64,000 bases of DNA. Source: Fibrobacterales bacterium (GTDB lineage Bacteria; Fibrobacterota; Fibrobacteria; Fibrobacterales; JAOPTW01). The DNA is taken from NCBI GenBank assembly GCA_051532055.1, contig JAOPTX010000032.1:64001-128000 (forward strand), given 5' to 3'. Shown piece by piece: positions 21,434 through 31,115 of this stretch (position 1 is its first letter; each line of letters begins with the position of its first letter). The translations under genes were made by a program, and so were the position numbers. The notes under the pieces are model-generated. The model saw only the letters and a program-made list of their open reading frames with translations, did no database searches and was not told the DNA's origin.

Positions 21434-23035
21434 TTAGGATTGTTCATCAACACGTTTTAAGAATTTTGAAAGCACTTGTACAAAACGTGTTTTATTAATG
21501 GGCTTCACAATAAAGTCCGTAAAATCCATATTCTTCATCTCTTTTTCTTTAGCAGAGTAAGCCGAAACACCAACCACGGGCGTATCTTTTATCTCTTTTG
21601 TCTTTCGAATGATTCGTGTCGCTTCTAGACCATCCATTACCGGCATCTGAATATCCATCAATATTAAGTCAGGTTTCAATTTCTTTGCCTTCTCAACACC
21701 TATTTGACCATTCATAGCCACTTCTATTTCAAGTCCCATTTTTTTGAGCATCTTCTTAATGATCATAACATTTATAGGCTGGTCTTCACATAAGAGGATT
21801 TTATTTTCCGAAGAAAATTGAATATCAGTCCAATCAGCTTTTTTAGTTGGATCTACTGCAACTACATATGGTATAGAGAATAGCAGTGTGCATTCTTGTG
21901 GTGTTGCATTTTTAACAATCACATCACCCTTCATTAACTGAGCATACCGCTTTGCGAGAGGGAGTCCGATACCAAGACCTTTGAGTCCACTATTATCATA
22001 TGAAGTCATATCAATTTTAGTATCAAATAAGGTATTTATAGTTTCGGGACTGAGATTAACCCCTTTAAATGTCGCAGTAATTTCGAGTTTATCACGCTGA
22101 AGGTCCATACCCAACCCAATAGCACCTTTACTATGAATCTCACTATAGCCAAACTCCATTATGGCAAAAATCACTTGTTTAAACTTTATTTTATCTGTTA
22201 CAATATTTTCATTTAAAGCTTCGTTTTTATGATACGAAAATTCAAGTCCCTTCTCTGAGGCCTTCACCTTAAACAAAGAAACCATCGAGCTCATGATCCC
22301 TGCAACATCAAAGGATTCAATCTCTTCATTCAAGCTTCCATGCTCAATTTCCGAAAGAGTTATTATGTTATCAAGTATTTTTGCGAGGTTAGTACTACTC
22401 ACATTTACTGCTTCTAGAATTGATTCAAAATCTTCAAAATCTTTTTGCCGATACATCTCAAGAAGCATAGATGAAAAATTGATTATCACATTGAGGGGAT
22501 TCCGTACTTCATGTGAAATATCTGAAAGCAATTCACTCTTTATCTTATATGCTTTTTCGATAACCTCACGAGAATCAGATAAATTCTTGTGCTCTTTTAC
22601 CAGTTCATTAGTTCGTTCTTTTGAAAGTCGATCAATATGTTCTTGAAATGAGATCCTCTTTTTACGCTGCTGGAGCATAACGGCATTGCGAACAACTGAC
22701 ATCAAGTCATAGATATTAAGCGGTTTACGTATAATATCAAAAACCCCTCTCTGATAACACGTTTTGGACGTCTCCATGCTCGTATCTCCAGTCATAACGA
22801 CCACTGAGAAGGTGCTATCAAAATTGAGCTTAATATGATCTATAAATTCAAATCCACTCATTTTGGGCATATTTAAATCAAGAAGAATGCAGAGAGGAGT
22901 ATGCTTTTCAAAGAGCTCTAAACCCTCTTCTGGCTTTGTTGTTACATGAATGGTATAGTTTTCATCACTCAATGCTTCAACAACCAAGTCGAGACTTGAC
23001 TGATCATCATCAATAACGAGTATACTATTCTTCAT
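21434..23035 (-). CDS. REC-HisKA-degenerate HATPase-REC hybrid signalling protein
   Basis: LDLNMP and MDIQMP receivers; SHEVRNPLN H-box intact; N-box (QVIFAIMEFGYS) and G1 (TATFKGVNL) degenerate. Confidence 0.85.
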   Translation of the reverse strand: MKNSILVIDDDQSSLDLVVEALSDENYTIHVTTKPEEGLELFEKHTPLCILLDLNMPKMSGFEFIDHIKLNFDSTFSVVVMTGDTSMETSKTCYQRGVFDIIRKPLNIYDLMSVVRNAVMLQQRKKRISFQEHIDRLSKERTNELVKEHKNLSDSREVIEKAYKIKSELLSDISHEVRNPLNVIINFSSMLLEMYRQKDFEDFESILEAVNVSSTNLAKILDNIITLSEIEHGSLNEEIESFDVAGIMSSMVSLFKVKASEKGLEFSYHKNEALNENIVTDKIKFKQVIFAIMEFGYSEIHSKGAIGLGMDLQRDKLEITATFKGVNLSPETINTLFDTKIDMTSYDNSGLKGLGIGLPLAKRYAQLMKGDVIVKNATPQECTLLFSIPYVVAVDPTKKADWTDIQFSSENKILLCEDQPINVMIIKKMLKKMGLEIEVAMNGQIGVEKAKKLKPDLILMDIQMPVMDGLEATRIIRKTKEIKDTPVVGVSAYSAKEKEMKNMDFTDFIVKPINKTRFVQVLSKFLKRVDEQS

Positions 23036-23093
23036 ATAAGTTGTAGGGCAAAACGATATTGATTTATTATACTACTTTTCTATCAATTTGCCA

Positions 23094-23136
23094 CAAAAAA
23101 CAAAAAGGCAGCCTGAAATTAATCAGGCTGCCTTTT
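23094..23136 (-). terminator. Intrinsic terminator of secDF
   Basis: AAAAGGCAGCCTGA-aattaa-TCAGGCTGCCTTTT with a U-tract on the minus strand. Confidence 0.85.
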
Positions 23137-23154
23137 CCAAAGTTATTTTAACAC

Positions 23155-25797
23155 TTATTTGATTTTAAGTGAATACCGTTTTGACCACCATACTACGAAT
23201 GGTGACGCTACAAATACTGATGAGTAAGTACCAACAATAACACCAATAATAAGTGCATAGGCAAATTGTTGTACCGCAGGACCGCCAACAAATGCCATTA
23301 CAACAACAACAAAGAGAGTTGTAATAGATGTTATAATGGTACGTGAAAGTGACTGATTAATAGAGAGGTTCACTCTGCTATCAAAAGAGTCTTTTCCGAG
23401 AAGTTGTGTATTCTCACGAACACGGTCAAATACAACAATCGTATCATTCAGAGAGTAACCAACAATTGTGAGTACCGCTGCAATAGTTGTTGCATCAACA
23501 CTAAAGTCCATGATAGCAAAGACACCTAAAGTAATAATCACATCGTGAGTAAGAGCTACTACAGATGCAAGACCAAACCCAAGACCATTTTTTCCAAAAC
23601 GCATCCAGATATAGAAGATAATAATCAGAAGAGAAAGACAAATGGCCCATAAAGCATCTTCTTTAAGTTCTTTACCAATTGCAGGCCCAACCATCTCTTC
23701 ATTAATAACTTCAGAGGTAAGGTTTGCCGCAGAAAGGCTTGATAGAATCAATGAATCAATGCGTATCCCTTTGCTCTCATTTTTAATTGAGATAAGATAA
23801 TGCGTTTTTCCACTCGGTGACTCAACAGGACGTACTATTGAACCTTTAAGAACATCCTCACTATTAAGAGCTGTTGAAACTTGATTAGCAGTAACGCCGT
23901 TTTGGTCAAGTTCTACAGTGATTACGTTACCACCAGTGAAGTCAATACCATAATTCAAACCGTGTATAGCAAGTATTGCGACTGATGCAATAATTACAAC
24001 ACCTGAGAGCACTGCTGATATATGACGTTTTGGAATAATCTGAAGGTTAAGGTTACGAATAAAAGAAAAGTCTTTACCGATACTCATTTTAGTTGAATCA
24101 TTTGATTTCATTGTGAGATCAAAAATATATCGAGTAACAAAGAGTGATGTAAAGAGTGATGCAAGAATACCGATCATCATGGTAAGACCGAAGCCTTTAA
24201 TAGGGCCAGCACCAATGTTATAGAGGATAAATGCAGTGAGGAATGTAGTAATGTTCGCATCCATAATAGTTGAAAATGCTTTTTCATAACCTGCAGAGAT
24301 TGCAGTACGTACTGTTTTACCCGCAGCAAGTTCTTCTCTAATCCTCTCAAGGATAATTACGTTTGCATCAACCGCCATACCAATAGTAAGAAGGACACCA
24401 GCAAGACCAGGAAGTGTAAGAGTCGCGTTAAACATCGACATTACACCACCAATAATAACAACATTAAACACTACTGCAATAATTGCATTGAGGCCTGCAC
24501 CTGCGTAGTAGAAGATCATGAAGAGTACCACAAGTGCCATGCCGTAAACAGCAGAGCTCAGACCACTTTCAATATTCTCTTGACCAAGTGTTGCGCCTAC
24601 AGAACGGAGCTCAATGATCTCCATTGGAGCAGGTAACGCACCAGCTTTAAGAACAATTGACAGTTGCTTTGCTTCGTTCATATCGTCAAGGCCAGTAATT
24701 TGTGCTCTACCGTTCGCAATTTTTGTTTGAATAACTGGAGCAGAAATGACTTGTCCATCAAGAACGATTGCCATTTTTCTACCAATGTTGTTACCGGTAA
24801 CTGTTGCAAACTTTTTAGGACCAAGGCCTTTAAATTGAAGATCTACCGATACTTCACCAACACTCATACCATCAGATACACGATTCGCTGTAGCATTGTC
24901 AATCTCACGACCATCCATTTCGTAACGTTTTTTAAGAAGATAAAGACGTTTAACTTTTTGTCCTTCAACTTCATCAGTTCCCATACCCCAAGCAAACTCA
25001 AGGTCAAAAGGAATTTTTGAAAGGACTGTTTTATCTTCAAGAATTGTTTTTACTTTAAAGAGATCTTGGTCTTTAACAACGATCACCCCTTGTGGGCTCG
25101 GCTGAAGAAGTCCAGTAAACCCGATTTTCTTGATTTCATCCCAAACGTTATCAGAAGTAACTTCTGTACCTTCAGCTGATGCTGAATCAGTAGCAGGAGC
25201 CTCATCTGTTTTACCAGCGGTACCACCAATATCAAGGTTACTGAGTACATCTTCTGCACTCTCTTCTTTTTTCACACTTGTTGTGTCAGTGCCAGTAGAG
25301 TCAAGATCATATGCCGTTCTACTTTTTACATACTCATCAATATCTTGATAGACTTTAATGAAACGCTCTTGCGCTGCAACAATTTTAAATTCAAGTTTCG
25401 CAGTACCACCAATAAGGGTGCGAGCACCATCAGCGTCTACACCAGCAAGGTCAGCAACAATTCTGTTTTTGCCCGAAGACATGATAACAGGTTCGCTCAC
25501 ACCAAACTTATCCACACGATTACGGATAATCTCTAAACTTCTATCAAGAACACCTTCGCGATCTTTAGCTTTCTTGATAGCCGCAGTGTCAATCTCTACA
25601 ACCACGTGAGTACCACCGGCGAGATCGAGTCCAAAGTTTACTGCTTTTTTTGCAGTGCGAGGAAATTTCTCAACAAATTGCTCTTTCTCTTCACCCTGAA
25701 GTGAATGTACCTGGAAGGTCGGCAGCAAACTCCAAACCGAAAGTCCCAGAATGAGTAAAATAAAGAAGGTTCTAAAACTATTATTGTTTTGTTTCAT
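23155..25797 (-). CDS. secDF: Protein translocase subunit SecDF (fused)
   Basis: GLDLAGG, RNRVDKFGVSEP, GMAVDANVIILERIREE, GIDFTGG, GYSLNDTIVVFDRVRE. Confidence 0.96.
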   Translation of the reverse strand: MKQNNNSFRTFFILLILGLSVWSLLPTFQVHSLQGEEKEQFVEKFPRTAKKAVNFGLDLAGGTHVVVEIDTAAIKKAKDREGVLDRSLEIIRNRVDKFGVSEPVIMSSGKNRIVADLAGVDADGARTLIGGTAKLEFKIVAAQERFIKVYQDIDEYVKSRTAYDLDSTGTDTTSVKKEESAEDVLSNLDIGGTAGKTDEAPATDSASAEGTEVTSDNVWDEIKKIGFTGLLQPSPQGVIVVKDQDLFKVKTILEDKTVLSKIPFDLEFAWGMGTDEVEGQKVKRLYLLKKRYEMDGREIDNATANRVSDGMSVGEVSVDLQFKGLGPKKFATVTGNNIGRKMAIVLDGQVISAPVIQTKIANGRAQITGLDDMNEAKQLSIVLKAGALPAPMEIIELRSVGATLGQENIESGLSSAVYGMALVVLFMIFYYAGAGLNAIIAVVFNVVIIGGVMSMFNATLTLPGLAGVLLTIGMAVDANVIILERIREELAAGKTVRTAISAGYEKAFSTIMDANITTFLTAFILYNIGAGPIKGFGLTMMIGILASLFTSLFVTRYIFDLTMKSNDSTKMSIGKDFSFIRNLNLQIIPKRHISAVLSGVVIIASVAILAIHGLNYGIDFTGGNVITVELDQNGVTANQVSTALNSEDVLKGSIVRPVESPSGKTHYLISIKNESKGIRIDSLILSSLSAANLTSEVINEEMVGPAIGKELKEDALWAICLSLLIIIFYIWMRFGKNGLGFGLASVVALTHDVIITLGVFAIMDFSVDATTIAAVLTIVGYSLNDTIVVFDRVRENTQLLGKDSFDSRVNLSINQSLSRTIITSITTLFVVVVMAFVGGPAVQQFAYALIIGVIVGTYSSVFVASPFVVWWSKRYSLKIK

Positions 25798-25985
25798 GTG
25801 ATACTCTACTTTTTAAAATCCATAATACGGGGCAAAAAGCCCATTTTAATATCGAGTAAATGTACATAAATGTGGGGTATTTTCAATTATATTATGTAGT
25901 TAGAACGTTATGGCCATTACTCCATAGGTCATTTTATCCATTTAAATTCTATTTGTGAACTCTTTTGAGCGATTCAATAGGGGCC

Positions 25986-27314
25986 TCACCCCTCATTTAT
26001 CTCAATTCTTGAAGCATTGGTACTTATTTCAAGAGTAAGGCTTACCCGATTATCCCTTTCGGTACGAATAATGGTAAGAGTACTCCCCTCAGCCTCAACA
26101 TGACAGGCCCCATATTGCAAGGCGCGGTGGCGCTTTCTCAACACTATCAACTCTTTCACAAAGGAAAACAAAGGCGACTCACTTTCGGTAGAGTCCCATG
26201 GGTAACATCGGCGACACTCTGGATCCGCCCCACCAGAGAGCCCGATTTCATCTCCATAATAGATACAAGGCGCCCCTGGGAGAAAAAAGAGTAGAGCAAA
26301 TGCCTGTTTCACTCGTTTAAGACTCCCTTTTGCAATTGTCATAATACGGTGAGTATCGTGTGACCCCAGTAGATTCATTTGTGCATGAGGCTCACTCACT
26401 GTAAACGCCTTCTGTAATAATCTCAAAAAATGCTCTGTCGAGACTCTATTCCCCAATGATGACTGGTCGCTCTTTGGAACTTTACAGAGCACATTGAGAA
26501 TAGCCTGTCGGATACGGTAATTCATAACCGCATCAAATTGATCACCCGCGAGCCACCGTGAGGGGTCATCCCAAATTTCACCAACAATATAGGCTTCGGG
26601 ATTAATTTTTTTTACTCGACCTCGAAATTCCTGCCAAAACGAATCATCATCAATCTCATTAGGGACATCTAACCGCCAACCATCAATTCCAAGCTTCAAC
26701 CAGTATTCTGCAACCGAAAAGATAAAGTTTCGCACTTCGCGGCTATCAGTATTAAACTTTGGGAGTGCTTTATTGTTCCACCAGCACTCATATTCAACAG
26801 TTTTAGTTCGCGTATAGGGCTTAATAGGATAGTGATTGATATGAAACCAGTCCCGAAATGGAGACTCTTGCCCTTGTTCTAGCACAGAATTAAACTGATA
26901 AAACCCTCGTGAGCAATGATTAAAGACCCCATCTAATACAATTTTTATACCTCGTTCATGAGCTGTCGCTATCAGCTCTTTAAAATCATCAATTGTGCCC
27001 AAAATCGGGTCAATCTCAAAATAATCATGAGTATGGTAGCGGTGATTCGAGGCTGAAGTAAAAATAGGACAGAGATAGAGCGCCGTCACGCCAAGGTCAG
27101 TGAGATAATCGAGCTTTTCAATCACCCCTCTCAGATTACCACCCATAATATTAGCATAGGTAGGCTCAGTTCCCCAATCTTCATAGGCGCCTATGGGAGT
27201 CACTGATGAGGAACGCGCAAATCTATCAGGAAATATCTGATAGAATACTGCAGATTTTACCCATTCAGGGGCAAAGGAATGTGAGTTATTAAGTGGGATA
27301 TCCATGTAAGACAA
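25986..27314 (-). CDS. GH13 glycoside hydrolase (neopullulanase/cyclomaltodextrinase-like)
   Basis: FYQIFPDRF, DGVFNH, GWRLDV, GEIW, GSHD, YYGDEIG. No signal peptide. Confidence 0.9.
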   Translation of the reverse strand: MSYMDIPLNNSHSFAPEWVKSAVFYQIFPDRFARSSSVTPIGAYEDWGTEPTYANIMGGNLRGVIEKLDYLTDLGVTALYLCPIFTSASNHRYHTHDYFEIDPILGTIDDFKELIATAHERGIKIVLDGVFNHCSRGFYQFNSVLEQGQESPFRDWFHINHYPIKPYTRTKTVEYECWWNNKALPKFNTDSREVRNFIFSVAEYWLKLGIDGWRLDVPNEIDDDSFWQEFRGRVKKINPEAYIVGEIWDDPSRWLAGDQFDAVMNYRIRQAILNVLCKVPKSDQSSLGNRVSTEHFLRLLQKAFTVSEPHAQMNLLGSHDTHRIMTIAKGSLKRVKQAFALLFFLPGAPCIYYGDEIGLSGGADPECRRCYPWDSTESESPLFSFVKELIVLRKRHRALQYGACHVEAEGSTLTIIRTERDNRVSLTLEISTNASRIEINEG

Positions 27315-27346
27315 TATAGCTTATCTAATATGGGTGAATCAAAAAT

Positions 27347-28873
27347 TTACCAACCAGTGCGCCCTAACCTAAAACCAATGGTATCACCAAACGTTGTAAA
27401 ACCTGCAAAAGGTTGATTATCTATTTTTTCGGCCCAACCTTCAGACTCTGACCCAAAATGTCCCCCCTTTAGTACAACCCTATTCCCTAAAAAATGTTCT
27501 TCTTGGGGTTGTACCATTTCTGCAACATTTCCTGCCATATTGTAGAGATTTGCCATAGATGGATACACAGAATTAACAGCATCAGTACGGCTTCCCGATA
27601 TAACAAAAGATTCATAGGCTTTTGAATTGTCAATCAAGCTGTCAGCAACGGTCCAAAAAAAGTTCCCACTGTTCCTTTTGCTATATGCAACCTCCCATTC
27701 AAGTTCTGTGGGGAGTCTAAAGCCCCCACTCTCTGAGTCGACCTCAAAACCTACCGTATCACTATTCCAAAAGGCTCGAGCATCACCAACCCCTACTATA
27801 GAATCAAACTGATACGCTATTTTATAGTTTTGATCTTTTGAAAGCTCATTACAAAATTGTGCTACATCGAAAAAAGAGACATTTACAACAGGATACCGCT
27901 CCGTTCCCTCATCAAATTCATAATCAGGGTAGAAACGCTGCCACAGCTCATTAGTCACTTCAAAATTGCCAATAGAGAAGGAGTCTGATTCCGTGGTAAT
28001 TGTCATTTTTTCAAATGAAGTGTCACTCAAATCACCAACGGCATTGAAAAGTCTCGCGGCCTCAAAAAAGATCATGCTATCCTGAGTAAGGTACCCCTGA
28101 CTCTCGAGCTTTTCTGCAATACCATTATGCGCTACAAGCTCATAATCACCAGAATAAAAGCGATCACGTAATACCGTTTTCGAATCCTCATACCCCGTAC
28201 CCATAAAAGAAAATAGGTCACTTTCAAATTCCGCTTTATTATTTCGTTTTTGGAGAAAGAGGTCAATAATTTGGTTAATAAATGCCACCTTATTTACCGC
28301 AACTGAGTCTGCAAAATGTTTTGAATCTGTATAAATATCGAAATAGGCCGTTCGAAGTGAATCACTGCTTTTATTATCTGCAATGTACTCCACAAGCTTT
28401 GTTTCAAATTCACTATAAGTTACCGTAGCAATATCCAAAGAAAGTTCTTCTAAAATAAAGCTATTCTCTATATCCTTGTGTACTACAAAATCTTCCAATT
28501 CAGTATCATTTATACCAAACTCTCTATATACAGCAACAACAGCATAACCATTTATAAAACAGGTGTAATCAACCGTTATTCTTTCACCACTCTTAGCTGA
28601 GACTGCAAAGGTTATCTCATTATTACCCGTTTTTGAGTCATAATTAATGTTTCTACAATCGGCCTGATCTAAAACAGCGTCGCTACAAAAGCTGGTGGTA
28701 TCTTCTATACCATTAATTTCTTGTACCACAACAATACTATCATAAGACTGGCCATAGGGAGTACTATTGATTGAGATAGAATAATCACGATCAAGAGGTC
28801 CTGAGCTTTCTGTCACTACGCATGCGTACAATACTAACGAAACCATTGATAGTAAAATAAATCGTAAGAGCAT
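27347..28873 (-). CDS. Lipoprotein with C-terminal FGE-sulfatase (SUMF1, C-type-lectin-fold) domain
   Basis: Lipobox LYAC; FEVTN, YPVVNVSF, FRLPTELEWE, LYNMAGNVAEM, KGG, GFRL. Confidence 0.85.
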   Translation of the reverse strand: MLLRFILLSMVSLVLYACVVTESSGPLDRDYSISINSTPYGQSYDSIVVVQEINGIEDTTSFCSDAVLDQADCRNINYDSKTGNNEITFAVSAKSGERITVDYTCFINGYAVVAVYREFGINDTELEDFVVHKDIENSFILEELSLDIATVTYSEFETKLVEYIADNKSSDSLRTAYFDIYTDSKHFADSVAVNKVAFINQIIDLFLQKRNNKAEFESDLFSFMGTGYEDSKTVLRDRFYSGDYELVAHNGIAEKLESQGYLTQDSMIFFEAARLFNAVGDLSDTSFEKMTITTESDSFSIGNFEVTNELWQRFYPDYEFDEGTERYPVVNVSFFDVAQFCNELSKDQNYKIAYQFDSIVGVGDARAFWNSDTVGFEVDSESGGFRLPTELEWEVAYSKRNSGNFFWTVADSLIDNSKAYESFVISGSRTDAVNSVYPSMANLYNMAGNVAEMVQPQEEHFLGNRVVLKGGHFGSESEGWAEKIDNQPFAGFTTFGDTIGFRLGRTGW

Positions 28874-28974
28874 TTTGTGAGCCGCCGTGTATTAATAGAT
28901 AGATTGCTTAAAATATAGTAATCTTTTACCACTGCACAATTCACGGCTACCCTAAGTTCCTTGTTTGAAATAAA

Positions 28975-30858
28975 TTAAGGCGCCTCAATGAGAAGGTACG
29001 TAATTGAATACCCATCCAATGCAATCGAAATTGTCCCTTCAGTATCCCCGCTCATTGCTGGGATAGAAGTAATACCATCAGGTCCACCTTTCTGTGCCCC
29101 CTGATTCGTTCTCCCATTAACAGTAACTTTCTCAGTCCACACCTCATCACCCGCTCCATCTACTGAATACCAATAATATTGAGCTCCTACATCTGCTCCA
29201 TCAATTTCAAGGGCAACCTTTTTCTCATTACTCGAAGTATTAATAAGTATAACACCATAGCCCCCATCTTCGAATCCAGAGGCGAGAGATACAACATCAT
29301 CTCCTTCACCCTCTGTGGCAAACTCCACATCACCCAGGACCTGATTGAGGTAATAAAAATGAAAAAAGGCTGGGTATGGATCTGAATCTCCATGGTTCGG
29401 GTCGTGATTTCCAAAGAGAGCAAAATCTCCGCTATCCCCTCGCCAGTAGTCCTTAATACCAAAATAATTTGATGCTATAAACTTAAACTTATGCATATTC
29501 ACGATGGCGTTCACCGCATGCATTGCCCCAATATGGCTCGTCTGATGAGGTTTTTTAATATTCCACTCCGAAAGTGCAATTGGTACCCGGGCAGTCCCGG
29601 CATCATCCAGTTTTTGGTTTAATAGATTATACATTCGCTCTATCTGCCCCCACGCAGTACCAAGTACCGCCTCAGGAGAACTTTCATCATGATCCAAAAA
29701 GTATGAATGAGTTGTGATAAAGTCAGCATAGTTCCCCCCATCAGGTTTTTTGAGCTGAGTGGCAAGCTGACTGTTCCAGTTCAGAGTAACCCCTTTTTCA
29801 CTGCCATCCCACACATTATCATCATCGGCAAACATCACACCAACCATAATTTCAACTCCAATAGACTGAGCAGCCGCTTTCATTGAGTCTATAAATACCC
29901 GTGCATGCTGACCATAAAGCTCACCACTGATATATTCCGGCTGGCCATCGCGGTTTTGGCTGGTATTTATACGAAAACCACCCTCCCAACACGCATAGGT
30001 CTCATTTCCAATCTCCCACAACTTTGTGCGGCCATTATCATACCGCACCCAATCAGCCGCATAACTCGCTGCTTTTTCTACAGGATTATCACCCAACCCA
30101 TAGCGTGCATAGGGGTAGTTGACCGTTATAAATCCTTCAGCCCCTACAGAATTGAGCAATTCATAAAACCGTGGGGTGTTCATTCTCCCGGGAGACTGAT
30201 CCATGCCAGCAGTAAAGTCTGTCCACGTACCATCAAACGTGAGTGCTTCTGAAGGGAGATCACCTGGCCTTTGGTCAAAAAAGTACATATTACTCATATC
30301 ACCACCAGGGAACCGAATGGTAGAAGGCTTCATATCTTTAAGCATCTCTATAAGGCGACCATCTTCATTATAATTACCTGTATAGGTTGTTGCATTTATA
30401 CCATGCATATTAGTACTGAGTTCTCCCTCATGTTGAGATGCATCAATGGTAATAGTGACATCAATTTGTGAGGGTTTTTCACCTGGTTCCGTTTCCGGAG
30501 GATGGGGGAACGTTCTTTTCCACTTAAGAGACTTATTCTCAGTTTTCGAAGATGATGATGAACTTTCGGTTGCTTCACTGGATATCAAATCACTACTGTC
30601 GGATGAATATTTATCAGACGACCCTTGTTCATCATCTTCTGAAGAAGATAACTCAATCTGGCTACTCGATATTGATTGTTGGGAAGAAAGCCCTTTTAAA
30701 GCACTGCTACTATTCTGTCGCGTACTACTTTGCTGTATGACACTTTCTTCAACTTCACTGTCTGAAGAAAGGCCTGTCGGCTCAAGGGGTTCTGTGGTAC
30801 AATTAACAATGGCTATAAGTGCAAACGCGCTCATAGCAGAAAAAACCGAAATGCTCAT
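28975..30858 (-). CDS. Ser-rich lipoprotein with clan GH-A glycoside hydrolase (arabinofuranosidase-like)
   Basis: Lipobox IVNC; poly-Ser linker; IRFPGG, WEIGNE (acid/base), LSEWN (nucleophile). Exact GH family uncertain. The ORF track starts at 30891. Confidence 0.75.
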   Translation of the reverse strand: MSISVFSAMSAFALIAIVNCTTEPLEPTGLSSDSEVEESVIQQSSTRQNSSSALKGLSSQQSISSSQIELSSSEDDEQGSSDKYSSDSSDLISSEATESSSSSSKTENKSLKWKRTFPHPPETEPGEKPSQIDVTITIDASQHEGELSTNMHGINATTYTGNYNEDGRLIEMLKDMKPSTIRFPGGDMSNMYFFDQRPGDLPSEALTFDGTWTDFTAGMDQSPGRMNTPRFYELLNSVGAEGFITVNYPYARYGLGDNPVEKAASYAADWVRYDNGRTKLWEIGNETYACWEGGFRINTSQNRDGQPEYISGELYGQHARVFIDSMKAAAQSIGVEIMVGVMFADDDNVWDGSEKGVTLNWNSQLATQLKKPDGGNYADFITTHSYFLDHDESSPEAVLGTAWGQIERMYNLLNQKLDDAGTARVPIALSEWNIKKPHQTSHIGAMHAVNAIVNMHKFKFIASNYFGIKDYWRGDSGDFALFGNHDPNHGDSDPYPAFFHFYYLNQVLGDVEFATEGEGDDVVSLASGFEDGGYGVILINTSSNEKKVALEIDGADVGAQYYWYSVDGAGDEVWTEKVTVNGRTNQGAQKGGPDGITSIPAMSGDTEGTISIALDGYSITYLLIEAP

Positions 30859-31115
30859 CTGATTCCTACTCGTTTGTTCTCTCCCCCACAAGAGAGTGTG
30901 TGTATAGGCGATAATCTATATCGAATATGAGAAAAGTGTTATGAATACTTTATAATTTGTGCTTTTATGGCTCACATTTTTGGGCGGACTAACAAATTCT
31001 TAATAATTGCCCTATTCTTCTATACTGATCGATAAAAAGAAATCTATATTGAGACCCCTGGGGATTAGACAAAACAGCAGACTCTTTCTGCACTTAGATG
31101 AATATTGAGGCACCA

